Positions 37,411 through 46,853 of a DNA stretch of 64,000 nt are shown here, piece by piece. Numbering within the stretch: position 1 is the first letter of the stretch; every line of letters starts with the position of its first letter. The position numbers were made by a program, and so were the translations under genes. The stretch lies in IMG/VR virus record IMGVR_UViG_3300025424_000009. One strand, 5' to 3'. Below the pieces are notes generated by a model, which saw only the letters and a list, made by a program, of their open reading frames with translations, was not told where the DNA came from and did no database searches. The DNA comes from a virus.

Positions 37411-40400
37411 ATGAGCAATAAAGCTTTATTTGCACAATTAAAACAAAAGTTTACCACTGACACTGTAATCAAAAGGGCAGGAGGTAAGTATTTAAAAGTA
37501 TCCGATTTTAATGGAATACAAGCCTTTGGTAATCTTCAGCAAAATACACTAGCTAATAGATATACAAGATTATACTCAAATAATGCTTTAGTTCAACCTG
37601 GAATAGGTTATGGAATGCAAGCAACTAGAGCTCAATTATATATGGACTACGAAGCTATGGATTTAGATGCATTAGTAGGTCCTGCTTTAGATATATTATG
37701 TGAAGAGGCTACTCAGGTGAATGAAATGAATAATGAGGTATTATCTATAAGATCATCTTCTGAGAATATTCAAGACGAATTATACAACCTATTCTACAAT
37801 GTTTTGAACATAGAATTCAATCTACCAATGTGGATAAGAGGAATGACAAAATTTGGAGATTTTTTTCTTCTATTACGTTTATCTGACCAGTTTGGAGTAT
37901 ATGGAGCCAGACCCTTATCTGTTTATGAAATAACCAGAGAAGAAGGGTTAGATGCTAATAACGGAGATTACATTAGATTTATACAAGACCCAGGAGCTAT
38001 TACAGGTGGTGTAAGTTCTATAGGTCAATCAAGGAACCATAGAGTATATGAAAACTATGAAGTAGCTCATTTTAGATTAATAAAAGATGCTAGTTTCCTT
38101 CCTTATGGAAAATGTTTAAAAGGTAATTCTTATATAGAAACTGAGTTTGGAGTAAAAACTATTGATAAAATAGAAGAAGGAGATAAAGTCTGGTCTTATA
38201 ATGTAGATAGTGATAGTTATGAGTTAACTACAGTATTAAAGCAAATATGTTCAGGGGAGAAAGAAATATTTAAAGTGTCTACTAAAAACAATTTTATAGA
38301 AGGTAGTGCAGAACACCCTGTACTTGTATTTTCAGAAGGAGAATTGAAATATAAGCAAATCCAAGATCTTAGTATAAAAGATTTATTAGCTATTACGGAT
38401 TATCAATTTAAACAAGTTAATCCTGACAGTAAGTTAAATAAAGATGTATCTAAAGAGAATAAGAAAAATGGTTGGCAAAAAGGATTGGAGTTTATTCCAG
38501 AAGTATATGAAGAAGATTTTGCAAGATTATTTGGATTTTTATTAGGAGATGGTTGGACTTCAAAAGCATGTGTTGCTTTTGCACAAGGGGTACATGATGA
38601 TAATAATCAAAAATATAAAGATTTACTACAAAAGTATTCTGGTAAAGTTTGCGGAGAGCATAATAGGAAGATAACAAATACAAATATAGCTTCACAAGCT
38701 TATAGTCATTCTAAAGCTCTTAAAGTAGTGCTTATAAACAATGGGTTTGTAGGTAAAGCAAAAACTAAAAGATTTCCTTCTTGGATATACGAACAACCTG
38801 AAAATGTACAACTAGCTTTTATAGAAGGGTTAGTAGATGCAGACGGAGCTATATTTACTGATAGATGGAATTGTAATAGATATACAGTAGAATTAGCTAA
38901 TAAAGAAATGTTAGGAGATTTAAAAGTTTTATTGCAAAGGTTAAAGATAAAATCAGGTAAAATACAAAAAAGAAAACCAAGGACTACTGTAGTATTTGGT
39001 GATAAAATTTATGATAAAAATGAGTCATACATTCTAACATTTTATACAGATGGTAAAAAGGTAGCTCAAGCTAAAAAACATAAACAAGAGGGTATTCAAA
39101 ATGTCATTTTAGAGCCTATTGTAGCAATTGAGCAGTCTGGTAAGGATTTAACTTATGATATATACGTAGAGTCTGAAAATCACAATTTTATTGCTAATGG
39201 AATAATTGTACATAACTCTTACCTCGAAAACGGGCGTAAATTATTTAAGGCTTACACTATGATGGAGGATGCTGCGGTAACACATCGTGTAACTAAATCT
39301 GCTGAAAAAAGAATTTTTTATTACAATGTAGGAAATCTACCACCTAATGAGGTAGATGCAATGATGCAAAAACATATATCTAGTCAGAAGAGGAGTCCTT
39401 TATTTGATCATAAAACAGGTCAGTTTGATTACAAGTTTAATATAATGAACTTGATGGAAGATTTTCACATCCCTGTCAGAAATGGTGATAATCTTACCCG
39501 TATTGAAACAGCAAAAGGGCTGGAGTATACAGGTATGGATGATATGAATTATTTCATAAATAAAATGTTTTCTGCCCTTAAAATACCTAAGGCATACCTT
39601 AATTATTCAGATGAATTGAATGGTAAGTGCCTACATCCAGACACTAAAATACCTTTGCTTAATGGTACTGAAAAAACTATAAAGGAAATATCTGATTTAT
39701 TTGAGACAGAAGAAAATGTTAATCTTTGGGTATATTCATATGACAAGGAGACTAATTCAATTATACCAGGTAAAGTAGTTAAAGCAGAAAAAACAAGACG
39801 TGATGCTAAACTAGTAAAGGTTACTCTAGATAATGGAGAAAGCTTAATAACAACCCCAGACCACGGTTTTGTCAGAAGAGGGGGAGAAAGAGTAGAAGCT
39901 CAAGAGTTGAAAGAAGGAGATTCTTTACAAGCAGTTTATAGGAAATTTGAAAAATTAAGAAATAATCAAAATGATTATGAACATGTTTACCAACCTAATT
40001 TAGATAAATGGGTTCTTACTCATAAAATGGTTGATGAGTACTTTAATGGTAAATTAGAGAAGAATGGATTTAATGATGAAGGTAAGTTTAAAAGAGATGA
40101 TTTAGTTGTAGTGCATCATAAAGATTTTAATAGATATAATAATCAACCTGATAACCTACAGAGATGTACTTATAGGGAACATTCAGCTATACATGTAGCT
40201 AATGCTGAAAAAGGTATTTGGTCTGATAAATCAAAAGAGAAATCTAAAGCTACTAAGCAAGGAGAGGAGTATAGAAAGAAAGCTTCTGAAATAGGTAAAG
40301 TTAATATGGCAAAACAGTGTGAAAAAGATCCTGAATCAAAGAATAGATTAAGAAATGCTTGGTTATCTTTATCATTTGAAGAAAAGAGTAAAATTGCAAT

Positions 40401-41766
40401 AGAAAAAGTAACTGAAAGTACAAGAGAAAAACTAAGAGCTACTGCAAATAGAACTTTAGAAAAGAGATTGCCTATAATGCAAGAAGCTCGGAGAAGGTGG
40501 GCAGAAGCTAATCCAGATTTTAATAGGGGTAGTAATAGTTATAGATGGATAGAAAGACCTTCAGTAGATTATATAAAGAGTTTTGTACAAAATTATGAAG
40601 GTGATAAATCTGAAATAAACGGGAGAGAAAAACTTGCTGAAAAATTAGGATTTGGTGAAAGGGTACTAAGAGAGATTCTTGCAAAGGAAGGTAGGGATAT
40701 TGTTGAATTTTTAAATGAATATATTGGATTTATAAAAGGTAGGAAGTTAAATATTAACAAAGATGCCTTGATAGAAAAATTACAAGGATATGAATCAGTT
40801 GAGGATTTTTGTAAACAATATAATTTTAAAACTAAATCAGTAAGAATATTAGAAAAAATATTAGGTGAACCTTTAGCAAATCATGTATGTAAAACTTATA
40901 ATCACAAGGTAGTATCAGTAGAGTTTTTAGATTATACTTCAGATACATATAATATGGAGGTTTATGATAAAAATGAAAATCATAACTTTCTTACAAGTGC
41001 TGGCGTTATAATAAAAAATTCCACGCTATCAGGTTTAAGTTTAAGTTGGTCTCGCCAGATTGAATATGTACAAAGAATGGCCATTGCACAGCTTCAAAAG
41101 ATAGCTCAAGTGCACCTTACCCTACTTGGATATGAAGATTCAGATTTAGCTAATTTTGATATAACACTTGCTAGACCTTCTATACTTCATGAGCAAGAAC
41201 GTATAGCATTATTGAAAGAAAAAGTAGACCTTGCCAACCAAATGCAAGAGAAAAATTTCATGTCAACTGATTGGGTATATGATAACATCTTCCAAATGAG
41301 TGAAGATCAAATAAACCGAGAAAGAGGTTTGATAGCTGAAGATGCTAAACGTAAATTTAGATACACTCAAATTGAACAAGAAGGTAATGACCCTTCTATA
41401 TCCGGAGTATCTTACGGTACACCACATGATTTAGCATCTATTTATAAAAATAATGCATCTGGACCTGAAGATGTACCTAGTGGTTATGATGAAAAGAAGG
41501 TAGTAGGCAGACCTGTTACACATCATTCTATATACAATACAGATAAATCCCCTGAAGGAAGAGATCCTTTAGGTAAAAAAGATATGAAGGATACATATAA
41601 AAAGGATAGTCTAAAACCTAATCCCCGTAAAGGTATGTATAATGAAGGATTAAGTAGAAAAGACTTAGATAAAATAAGACCAGGCAAGAAGATTAAACTG
41701 TACGAAGAGGTAGAAACTAAAGAACTCTCTATACTAGATGAAAGAAATTTATCAGAGAGTGAATAA
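37411..41766 (+). CDS. Portal protein (gp20-like) precursor with two inteins; about 619 aa after splicing
   Basis: LYMDYEAMD, EVAHFRL, LPYG-K/S-YLE, RIFYYNVGNLPPNEV, LMEDFHIPVR and ALKIPKAYL motifs. Confidence 0.92.
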   Translation: MSNKALFAQLKQKFTTDTVIKRAGGKYLKVSDFNGIQAFGNLQQNTLANRYTRLYSNNALVQPGIGYGMQATRAQLYMDYEAMDLDALVGPALDILCEEATQVNEMNNEVLSIRSSSENIQDELYNLFYNVLNIEFNLPMWIRGMTKFGDFFLLLRLSDQFGVYGARPLSVYEITREEGLDANNGDYIRFIQDPGAITGGVSSIGQSRNHRVYENYEVAHFRLIKDASFLPYGKCLKGNSYIETEFGVKTIDKIEEGDKVWSYNVDSDSYELTTVLKQICSGEKEIFKVSTKNNFIEGSAEHPVLVFSEGELKYKQIQDLSIKDLLAITDYQFKQVNPDSKLNKDVSKENKKNGWQKGLEFIPEVYEEDFARLFGFLLGDGWTSKACVAFAQGVHDDNNQKYKDLLQKYSGKVCGEHNRKITNTNIASQAYSHSKALKVVLINNGFVGKAKTKRFPSWIYEQPENVQLAFIEGLVDADGAIFTDRWNCNRYTVELANKEMLGDLKVLLQRLKIKSGKIQKRKPRTTVVFGDKIYDKNESYILTFYTDGKKVAQAKKHKQEGIQNVILEPIVAIEQSGKDLTYDIYVESENHNFIANGIIVHNSYLENGRKLFKAYTMMEDAAVTHRVTKSAEKRIFYYNVGNLPPNEVDAMMQKHISSQKRSPLFDHKTGQFDYKFNIMNLMEDFHIPVRNGDNLTRIETAKGLEYTGMDDMNYFINKMFSALKIPKAYLNYSDELNGKCLHPDTKIPLLNGTEKTIKEISDLFETEENVNLWVYSYDKETNSIIPGKVVKAEKTRRDAKLVKVTLDNGESLITTPDHGFVRRGGERVEAQELKEGDSLQAVYRKFEKLRNNQNDYEHVYQPNLDKWVLTHKMVDEYFNGKLEKNGFNDEGKFKRDDLVVVHHKDFNRYNNQPDNLQRCTYREHSAIHVANAEKGIWSDKSKEKSKATKQGEEYRKKASEIGKVNMAKQCEKDPESKNRLRNAWLSLSFEEKSKIAIEKVTESTREKLRATANRTLEKRLPIMQEARRRWAEANPDFNRGSNSYRWIERPSVDYIKSFVQNYEGDKSEINGREKLAEKLGFGERVLREILAKEGRDIVEFLNEYIGFIKGRKLNINKDALIEKLQGYESVEDFCKQYNFKTKSVRILEKILGEPLANHVCKTYNHKVVSVEFLDYTSDTYNMEVYDKNENHNFLTSAGVIIKNSTLSGLSLSWSRQIEYVQRMAIAQLQKIAQVHLTLLGYEDSDLANFDITLARPSILHEQERIALLKEKVDLANQMQEKNFMSTDWVYDNIFQMSEDQINRERGLIAEDAKRKFRYTQIEQEGNDPSISGVSYGTPHDLASIYKNNASGPEDVPSGYDEKKVVGRPVTHHSIYNTDKSPEGRDPLGKKDMKDTYKKDSLKPNPRKGMYNEGLSRKDLDKIRPGKKIKLYEEVETKELSILDERNLSESE
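38113..39216 (+). mobile_element. Intein 1 (368 aa) with LAGLIDADG homing endonuclease
   Basis: Starts CLKGNS, block B SAEH, FLLGDG and GLVDADG, ends HNFIANGIIVHN followed by +1 Ser. Confidence 0.92.
39628..41019 (+). mobile_element. Intein 2 (464 aa) with HNH homing endonuclease
   Basis: Starts CLHPDT, block B TTPDH, VHHKDFNRYNNQPDNL, ends HNFLTSAGVIIKN followed by +1 Ser. Confidence 0.88.
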
Positions 41767-41801
41767 TTGATATTTATTAAATATAGTTAAACTTATAAGC
41801 C

Positions 41802-42647
41802 TTGGCGAACAAACATAATAAATTGCGGAATACAGGTCTTCTATTTGAATTACTGGTTAGGCAATTCACAACAGACACACTTACTAAGAAAGAAGACTCT
41901 AGTTCAGTAGCAATATTGAAGGAGTACTTTAATAATACTGATATATTTAAAGAATACCAGATATACAATACAATAGCTAAAGCTAAGAATCTTTCAGATT
42001 CAAAAGCCGAAGTGTTATTAAGTGCATGTTTAGAATCCTACAAGAAGTTACCTAAAGATAGATTAAAAAATCAAAAATATAAGTTAATAGCAGAAATAAA
42101 GAAAAGTTATGATTTGGATGAGTTTTTTAAAGCAAAAGTTGATAACTATACTGTACTGGCATCTGTCTATAACTTGTTAGAAATGCATGCTAGCCCTAGC
42201 ATTGATATAGATAACTATTCTAAATGTAAAAGTACTATTTTAGAGCATATTACTTCTAAAAAAGAATCCCAAGACAACAGTCTTATTGAAGAATTTTCTA
42301 AATCTGATGAAGGTACCAGGGCTTTAATATATAAGATGACTGTCAATAAGTTTAATGAACGTTATGAAGGGTTAGATAACTCTCAAAAAAGCTTGTTAAA
42401 AGAGTATATCAACAATATATCTACATCCAATCATTTAAAAGAGTATTGCAACAAAGAGATTAACACTATAAAAACAGAACTGAAGAGTTATATAAAAGCT
42501 ATCCCAGATGAAGTTCGTAAGATAAAATTACAAGAGGTGTCTAACCTCATTAGTGAAATACCTTCATCAAGAAATGTAAATGAAAGTGATATCAGCAATA
42601 TCCTAAGTTATTTGGAATTATTAAAAGAATGTAAATCATTAAAATAA
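41802..42647 (+). CDS. Conserved helical protein between portal and head protease
   Basis: KHNKLRNTGLLFELLVRQ; TTG start; late motif at 41771-41778. Confidence 0.65.
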   Translation: MANKHNKLRNTGLLFELLVRQFTTDTLTKKEDSSSVAILKEYFNNTDIFKEYQIYNTIAKAKNLSDSKAEVLLSACLESYKKLPKDRLKNQKYKLIAEIKKSYDLDEFFKAKVDNYTVLASVYNLLEMHASPSIDIDNYSKCKSTILEHITSKKESQDNSLIEEFSKSDEGTRALIYKMTVNKFNERYEGLDNSQKSLLKEYINNISTSNHLKEYCNKEINTIKTELKSYIKAIPDEVRKIKLQEVSNLISEIPSSRNVNESDISNILSYLELLKECKSLK

Positions 42648-43085
42648 ATGTCTAGTATACCCGATACACTTACTATATCTACCTCTGAAGACATTTTCCT
42701 TAATAATAATTATAGGAACTCTTCAGTAGTAGAAACCATTAGCCTTATCAGCTCAATAGATAACAGGATATTTAACATACCTACAGGGTCACCTGCTCAA
42801 ATTGTGTCTTTTACAGGATCATTGGCAGGTTCGTTAGCAGGTAACATACAGAGCTCATCCTTGGCTTATTTAAGACTGACTAATATAGATACACAAGGAA
42901 CATTAAATCTCCTTGTTTCAGGCTCTATTTCAAGCTCATATGAAGTTCAACTACAACCTGAAAATTCATATACACTGAATAACACATGGATGTTAGGTGG
43001 TACAGAACATGTAACATCTATTTCAGCGTATGTATATAGTGGTTCTTCACCAATAGCATTAGAATATTATTCTGCAACTTATTAA
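42648..43085 (+). CDS. Ser/Thr-rich virion protein
   Basis: xGS-rich, beta-type composition. Confidence 0.55.
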   Translation: MSSIPDTLTISTSEDIFLNNNYRNSSVVETISLISSIDNRIFNIPTGSPAQIVSFTGSLAGSLAGNIQSSSLAYLRLTNIDTQGTLNLLVSGSISSSYEVQLQPENSYTLNNTWMLGGTEHVTSISAYVYSGSSPIALEYYSATY

Positions 43086-43094
43086 AAATAACAA

Positions 43095-43706
43095 ATGAAT
43101 CTCAATACAAGATATCAACAAGTAAAGGCCGGAGAGTTTTCAAAAGTAGATTTCTTAAAAGAAGCTAAGGAAGATACTCGTGTTAATAAGATTTTTTCAC
43201 ACCTTAACTCGTATGAAGAGGTAATAAACATCTTTAAAGAAAAGGGTTATATTACTGAAGTTAATGACTTTACTCCTGAAAAAGAGTTTAATTTCATGTC
43301 TATATTAAAAGAGTCATTGAGTGATTTAGGCAACTTAGAAGATTTTTCTTATCAAGTACAACAAGTAAACCCTTTTGAGTATGAAAAAGGTTGGAGATAT
43401 GAAGCTAGAGGTAAAAATCTAAACGAAGATAATGTAGTTATGTCTGCCCAAAAGAAAGCTATAGCTAATTTAAAGAAAGATCCATTATTCTACACTAAAA
43501 TAGAAATGGGTAAGCATGCCCCATCTGAAAAGGAAATAGAAGCTAAAAAGCATATTGACATTTCAAAAGGTCAAAACTATGTTGACAAGAATAACCAGAT
43601 GAAACCTGTTAAGATGACCAAACCAGATGTTAAAGAAGATGCAGAAAGGGTTAAAATTGAAAAAATCAAGACAAAATTGCTTGAGGATTTAAAAAAAAAA
43701 GCTTAA
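43095..43706 (+). CDS. Head-region protein (short product; N-terminal part of a probable frameshift fusion)
   Basis: FEYEKGWRYE...IANLKKDPLFYT; ends LKKKA at an A10 tract. Confidence 0.75.
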   Translation: MNLNTRYQQVKAGEFSKVDFLKEAKEDTRVNKIFSHLNSYEEVINIFKEKGYITEVNDFTPEKEFNFMSILKESLSDLGNLEDFSYQVQQVNPFEYEKGWRYEARGKNLNEDNVVMSAQKKAIANLKKDPLFYTKIEMGKHAPSEKEIEAKKHIDISKGQNYVDKNNQMKPVKMTKPDVKEDAERVKIEKIKTKLLEDLKKKA

Positions 43707-46084
43707 CCGATAAGCAACTTAACGAAGGAACCTGGTCAAAGTTAAAGTATGCATCTGCCCAATTACATAAATTAAAACCTAATTCAAAAAAAGGATTAGA
43801 GTTACAAAAGTTTGTGCACCAGGAAGCAGACAAGCAAGTTAAAGATAAAATCTCCGAAATAGAAGATGAGATAAATAAAATAAGTCCTGAATTCCCTAAT
43901 GAGGAGTCAAACGAAGATTTTTTAAAATGTGTATTTGTAATTGCCGGTGCCTATGACTCTGTAGTAGCTGCCACTAAGCTTGATGTTTCTGATAAAAACT
44001 ACATAGACCCCCTATTAGCTAATAAGATAATAGATGGATTAAAAAAATACACTACAATTATAAAAGATCATGACCTAGCAAGTACCTATAAAGTATTCAA
44101 AGAGTCTTTAAATGAGAATGTACAAGTACTGCCAGGAGAGGGTATAACTCAAGTTTTACAAAAAATGACAGGTATTAAGCTTGGTGCAAGCCAAAGTGTA
44201 GATAACCTAAAGGCTGCTGTTGAAAAAGTAGGTAATGGTGATTACGAAAAAGGTCTTGAAGTAACTAAAAAGCTATTTACAAACAACGGTGCAGGATCTA
44301 TAGACCAACAAGCAGATAAATTAAACGATGTTATTCAGCATGGGGGTAAGCTAGGGGATGCCTTTACTAAGGCTCAAGGAACATTCGGTAATAAAGGATT
44401 ATTCTCAGTTAAATTGCCACCGGCCACTACAGAAAAAATTGTAAATACAGTAGCAAAAATAGCTAATAAAGCTTCACAAGCAACAAGCCATTTAGATACT
44501 GTAAAGCATGCTGGAAATACAATAAAACATGCTGCTGCCTCTATTGATTTTAATTATGCTCCGTATATAGCAGCAGCAGGAGTTATAATAGGTACTGGAA
44601 TAGTTGTTGGAGCTGCTATAAAATATGCAAAATCTATAAAACCAACTGAATCTAGGTTAAAGACTTTACAAGGGTTAGAAGATAGATTACAACTAGTAGC
44701 AGAACCAGAGGATATATCTAAACCAATAGAGTTAAATCCTAAAGTGACTAATACTAAGACTAAAGAAACTGAAAAATCAGGAGTAACTGTGACTCCTCAA
44801 AACAATGAGCCTAAAAATGTAGCAACACCAACAGAAATAGAACCTACATCAGCAGATACCAAAGAAAAGAAGCCTGAAGTTAAAACAAAAGAAAAGGTTG
44901 ATAATAAAAAGGCTTCCAAAGAAGATGAAGATAAAACTGGCAATACTACGAAAAAAGAATCAGAACTTACTAAAACTGTCAGAAAAGTATCTGGAGAAGA
45001 AGAAAAGAAAAAACCTGAAATTAAAACAAAGAAGAAGGAGAGTAATAAGGAGACTACTAAAGAAGATGAAAAAGCAATAGCAAAAGAAGATGAATTAGAA
45101 TATGCCATCCCTCATAAGTATGATGTAAAATACCTAAAAGATAAAGAAGGAGTTGCTACAATAACCTTAACAGATTTAAAATATACCCCCGAATCTAAGA
45201 AACTTAAAAAGAAAGATATAGTAGTTGTAGTAGACCCTTTACTTAAAAAATATTATGAACGTCAAGCAAAAGAAAAAGGAGGATCTTTATATTCTGCATT
45301 AAATGACCTTTATAACAGACAATCTTCTGAAAAAAGAAAATTAATTATTGATTTATCGAAAGAACCTACTCAAGAAAAACTACAAAAGAAAGCTTTACAA
45401 ATATCCAAAGCATCTAAATTATCTGATGAGCAAATAAAAGAAGCTTTTAAAGCTAAATTATTGGAAGACTTATATACACCTTCATTAAGATTATTTATAC
45501 CAGATCCTAAAGGTAGACTAGTTGATAAAGATGATTTAGAAAGAGAATTAAGAAGTAACACCCCTGCTGACAATCAAAATTATGATAACGGTTCTAATGT
45601 ATACACAAATAAAATAGATTCAGAAAGACTAGTAAAAATTGACACCCTTATATCACAAATGGGAGAGCCTGGAGTGGCTATGTATAACAAATATGCTAAA
45701 GCATACGGAGCTGAACCTTATGATGGGAGAGCTAAAGTATTCAATCCAGTACAAGTACCGGCAGATGACAGAACTTACATAGACGGTAACGGAGACGTAG
45801 AGCCTGTGAAAAATAAAACAAAAGAGGTCTTTGAATCTCAAAAACCAAACTTTGTACCTGAAGCACAGAATTTCCTTCAAACATTGAACGATATTTATAG
45901 AAGGTGCATTCCTAAAACAGGTATTAAACCCTTCATAGAACATTTAGATAATTTAGATATGAAGGATCAAGAACCTAAATTAGCAATGGCCTACATAAAT
46001 CATAAACTAAAGGATACTAAGTGTGAATATAAAGAAGAATTGCAAAAAGCACTAGATAAAATAAAAGCTAAATACAAATCATAG
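43685..46084 (+). CDS. -1 frame extension of 43095..43706 (fusion about 996 aa) with a hydrophobic segment and Lys/Glu-rich repeats
   Basis: Frame is open from 43685, 129 nt upstream of the track's GTG: KKKSLTDKQLNEGTWSKLK...FVHQEAD. Confidence 0.7.
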   Translation, partial: GFKKKSLTDKQLNEGTWSKLKYASAQLHKLKPNSKKGLELQKFVHQEADKQVKDKISEIEDEINKISPEFPNEESNEDFLKCVFVIAGAYDSVVAATKLDVSDKNYIDPLLANKIIDGLKKYTTIIKDHDLASTYKVFKESLNENVQVLPGEGITQVLQKMTGIKLGASQSVDNLKAAVEKVGNGDYEKGLEVTKKLFTNNGAGSIDQQADKLNDVIQHGGKLGDAFTKAQGTFGNKGLFSVKLPPATTEKIVNTVAKIANKASQATSHLDTVKHAGNTIKHAAASIDFNYAPYIAAAGVIIGTGIVVGAAIKYAKSIKPTESRLKTLQGLEDRLQLVAEPEDISKPIELNPKVTNTKTKETEKSGVTVTPQNNEPKNVATPTEIEPTSADTKEKKPEVKTKEKVDNKKASKEDEDKTGNTTKKESELTKTVRKVSGEEEKKKPEIKTKKKESNKETTKEDEKAIAKEDELEYAIPHKYDVKYLKDKEGVATITLTDLKYTPESKKLKKKDIVVVVDPLLKKYYERQAKEKGGSLYSALNDLYNRQSSEKRKLIIDLSKEPTQEKLQKKALQISKASKLSDEQIKEAFKAKLLEDLYTPSLRLFIPDPKGRLVDKDDLERELRSNTPADNQNYDNGSNVYTNKIDSERLVKIDTLISQMGEPGVAMYNKYAKAYGAEPYDGRAKVFNPVQVPADDRTYIDGNGDVEPVKNKTKEVFESQKPNFVPEAQNFLQTLNDIYRRCIPKTGIKPFIEHLDNLDMKDQEPKLAMAYINHKLKDTKCEYKEELQKALDKIKAKYKS

Positions 46085-46085
46085 A

Positions 46086-46694
46086 ATGATACCATTAATA
46101 GAATATTTTCCAGTAATATTAACCGAAGCAGCTTCTTCATATACACCAGGTAAACCTCTTGTATTTAGGCATATATTACTTCAAAGAGCTAATTCAAAAA
46201 ATAGAAACGGACGTATATACCCTAAATCAGTACTAGAGCCTGTATTAGAGAGGTATAACGAGGAGTTCGTAAAGACCAGAAGAGCCCTCGGAGAATTGGA
46301 CCACCGATCGTCTATGATTGTGGAACTTAAAAATGTATCTCATTTAGTTACAGAAATGCACTGGGAAGGAGACGAAGTATATGGTGATATAGAAATATTA
46401 GATACCCCTTCTGGCAGAATATTAACAGAATTAGCAGTAAAGAAAATACCATTCGGAATCAGCTCCAGAGCCCAAGGTAGTGTAATGGAATCAGAAGATG
46501 CTATCATAGTTCAAAATGACTTAGAAATGATGTGTTTTGATACAGTATCTTTTGAATCAACACAAGGTTCCACTCTTGTTTTAAATGAAGGTTTAAATGC
46601 AATTAATAACAAGTATAACAAGATTGATAGTATATTATCGGACATAATATGTTCAAACACTAATTTCTGTCCTTGTAAATTAGATAAAAAATAA
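46086..46694 (+). CDS. Prohead core protease (gp21-like)
   Basis: NRNGRIYP, ALGELDH, NVSH, ILDTPSG, GISSRAQGS. Confidence 0.92.
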   Translation: MIPLIEYFPVILTEAASSYTPGKPLVFRHILLQRANSKNRNGRIYPKSVLEPVLERYNEEFVKTRRALGELDHRSSMIVELKNVSHLVTEMHWEGDEVYGDIEILDTPSGRILTELAVKKIPFGISSRAQGSVMESEDAIIVQNDLEMMCFDTVSFESTQGSTLVLNEGLNAINNKYNKIDSILSDIICSNTNFCPCKLDKK

Positions 46695-46700
46695 TCCACG

Positions 46701-46733
46701 TATAATTTTCGTATATTTATTATTATAGGGGTA
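46701..46733 (+). repeat. Copy 2 of the dispersed promoter element
   Basis: TATAATTTTCGTATATTTATTATTATAGGGGTA. Confidence 0.85.
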
Positions 46734-46829
46734 TTCTTAATTACCCTTTACACACCTTAATATTATTACCTCCCATAGGTAATCAAGGTTAAAAACAAAA
46801 ACACATTATACCTCCTCCTAATAGGTATA
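46727..46829 (+). promoter_or_regulatory. Structured 5' leader of the scaffold-capsid operon (three hairpins)
   Basis: Stems at 46727-46748, 46765-46783 and 46807-46829 read from the sequence. Confidence 0.55.
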
Positions 46830-46853
46830 CAAAATCAAAAACTAAAAAATTAA

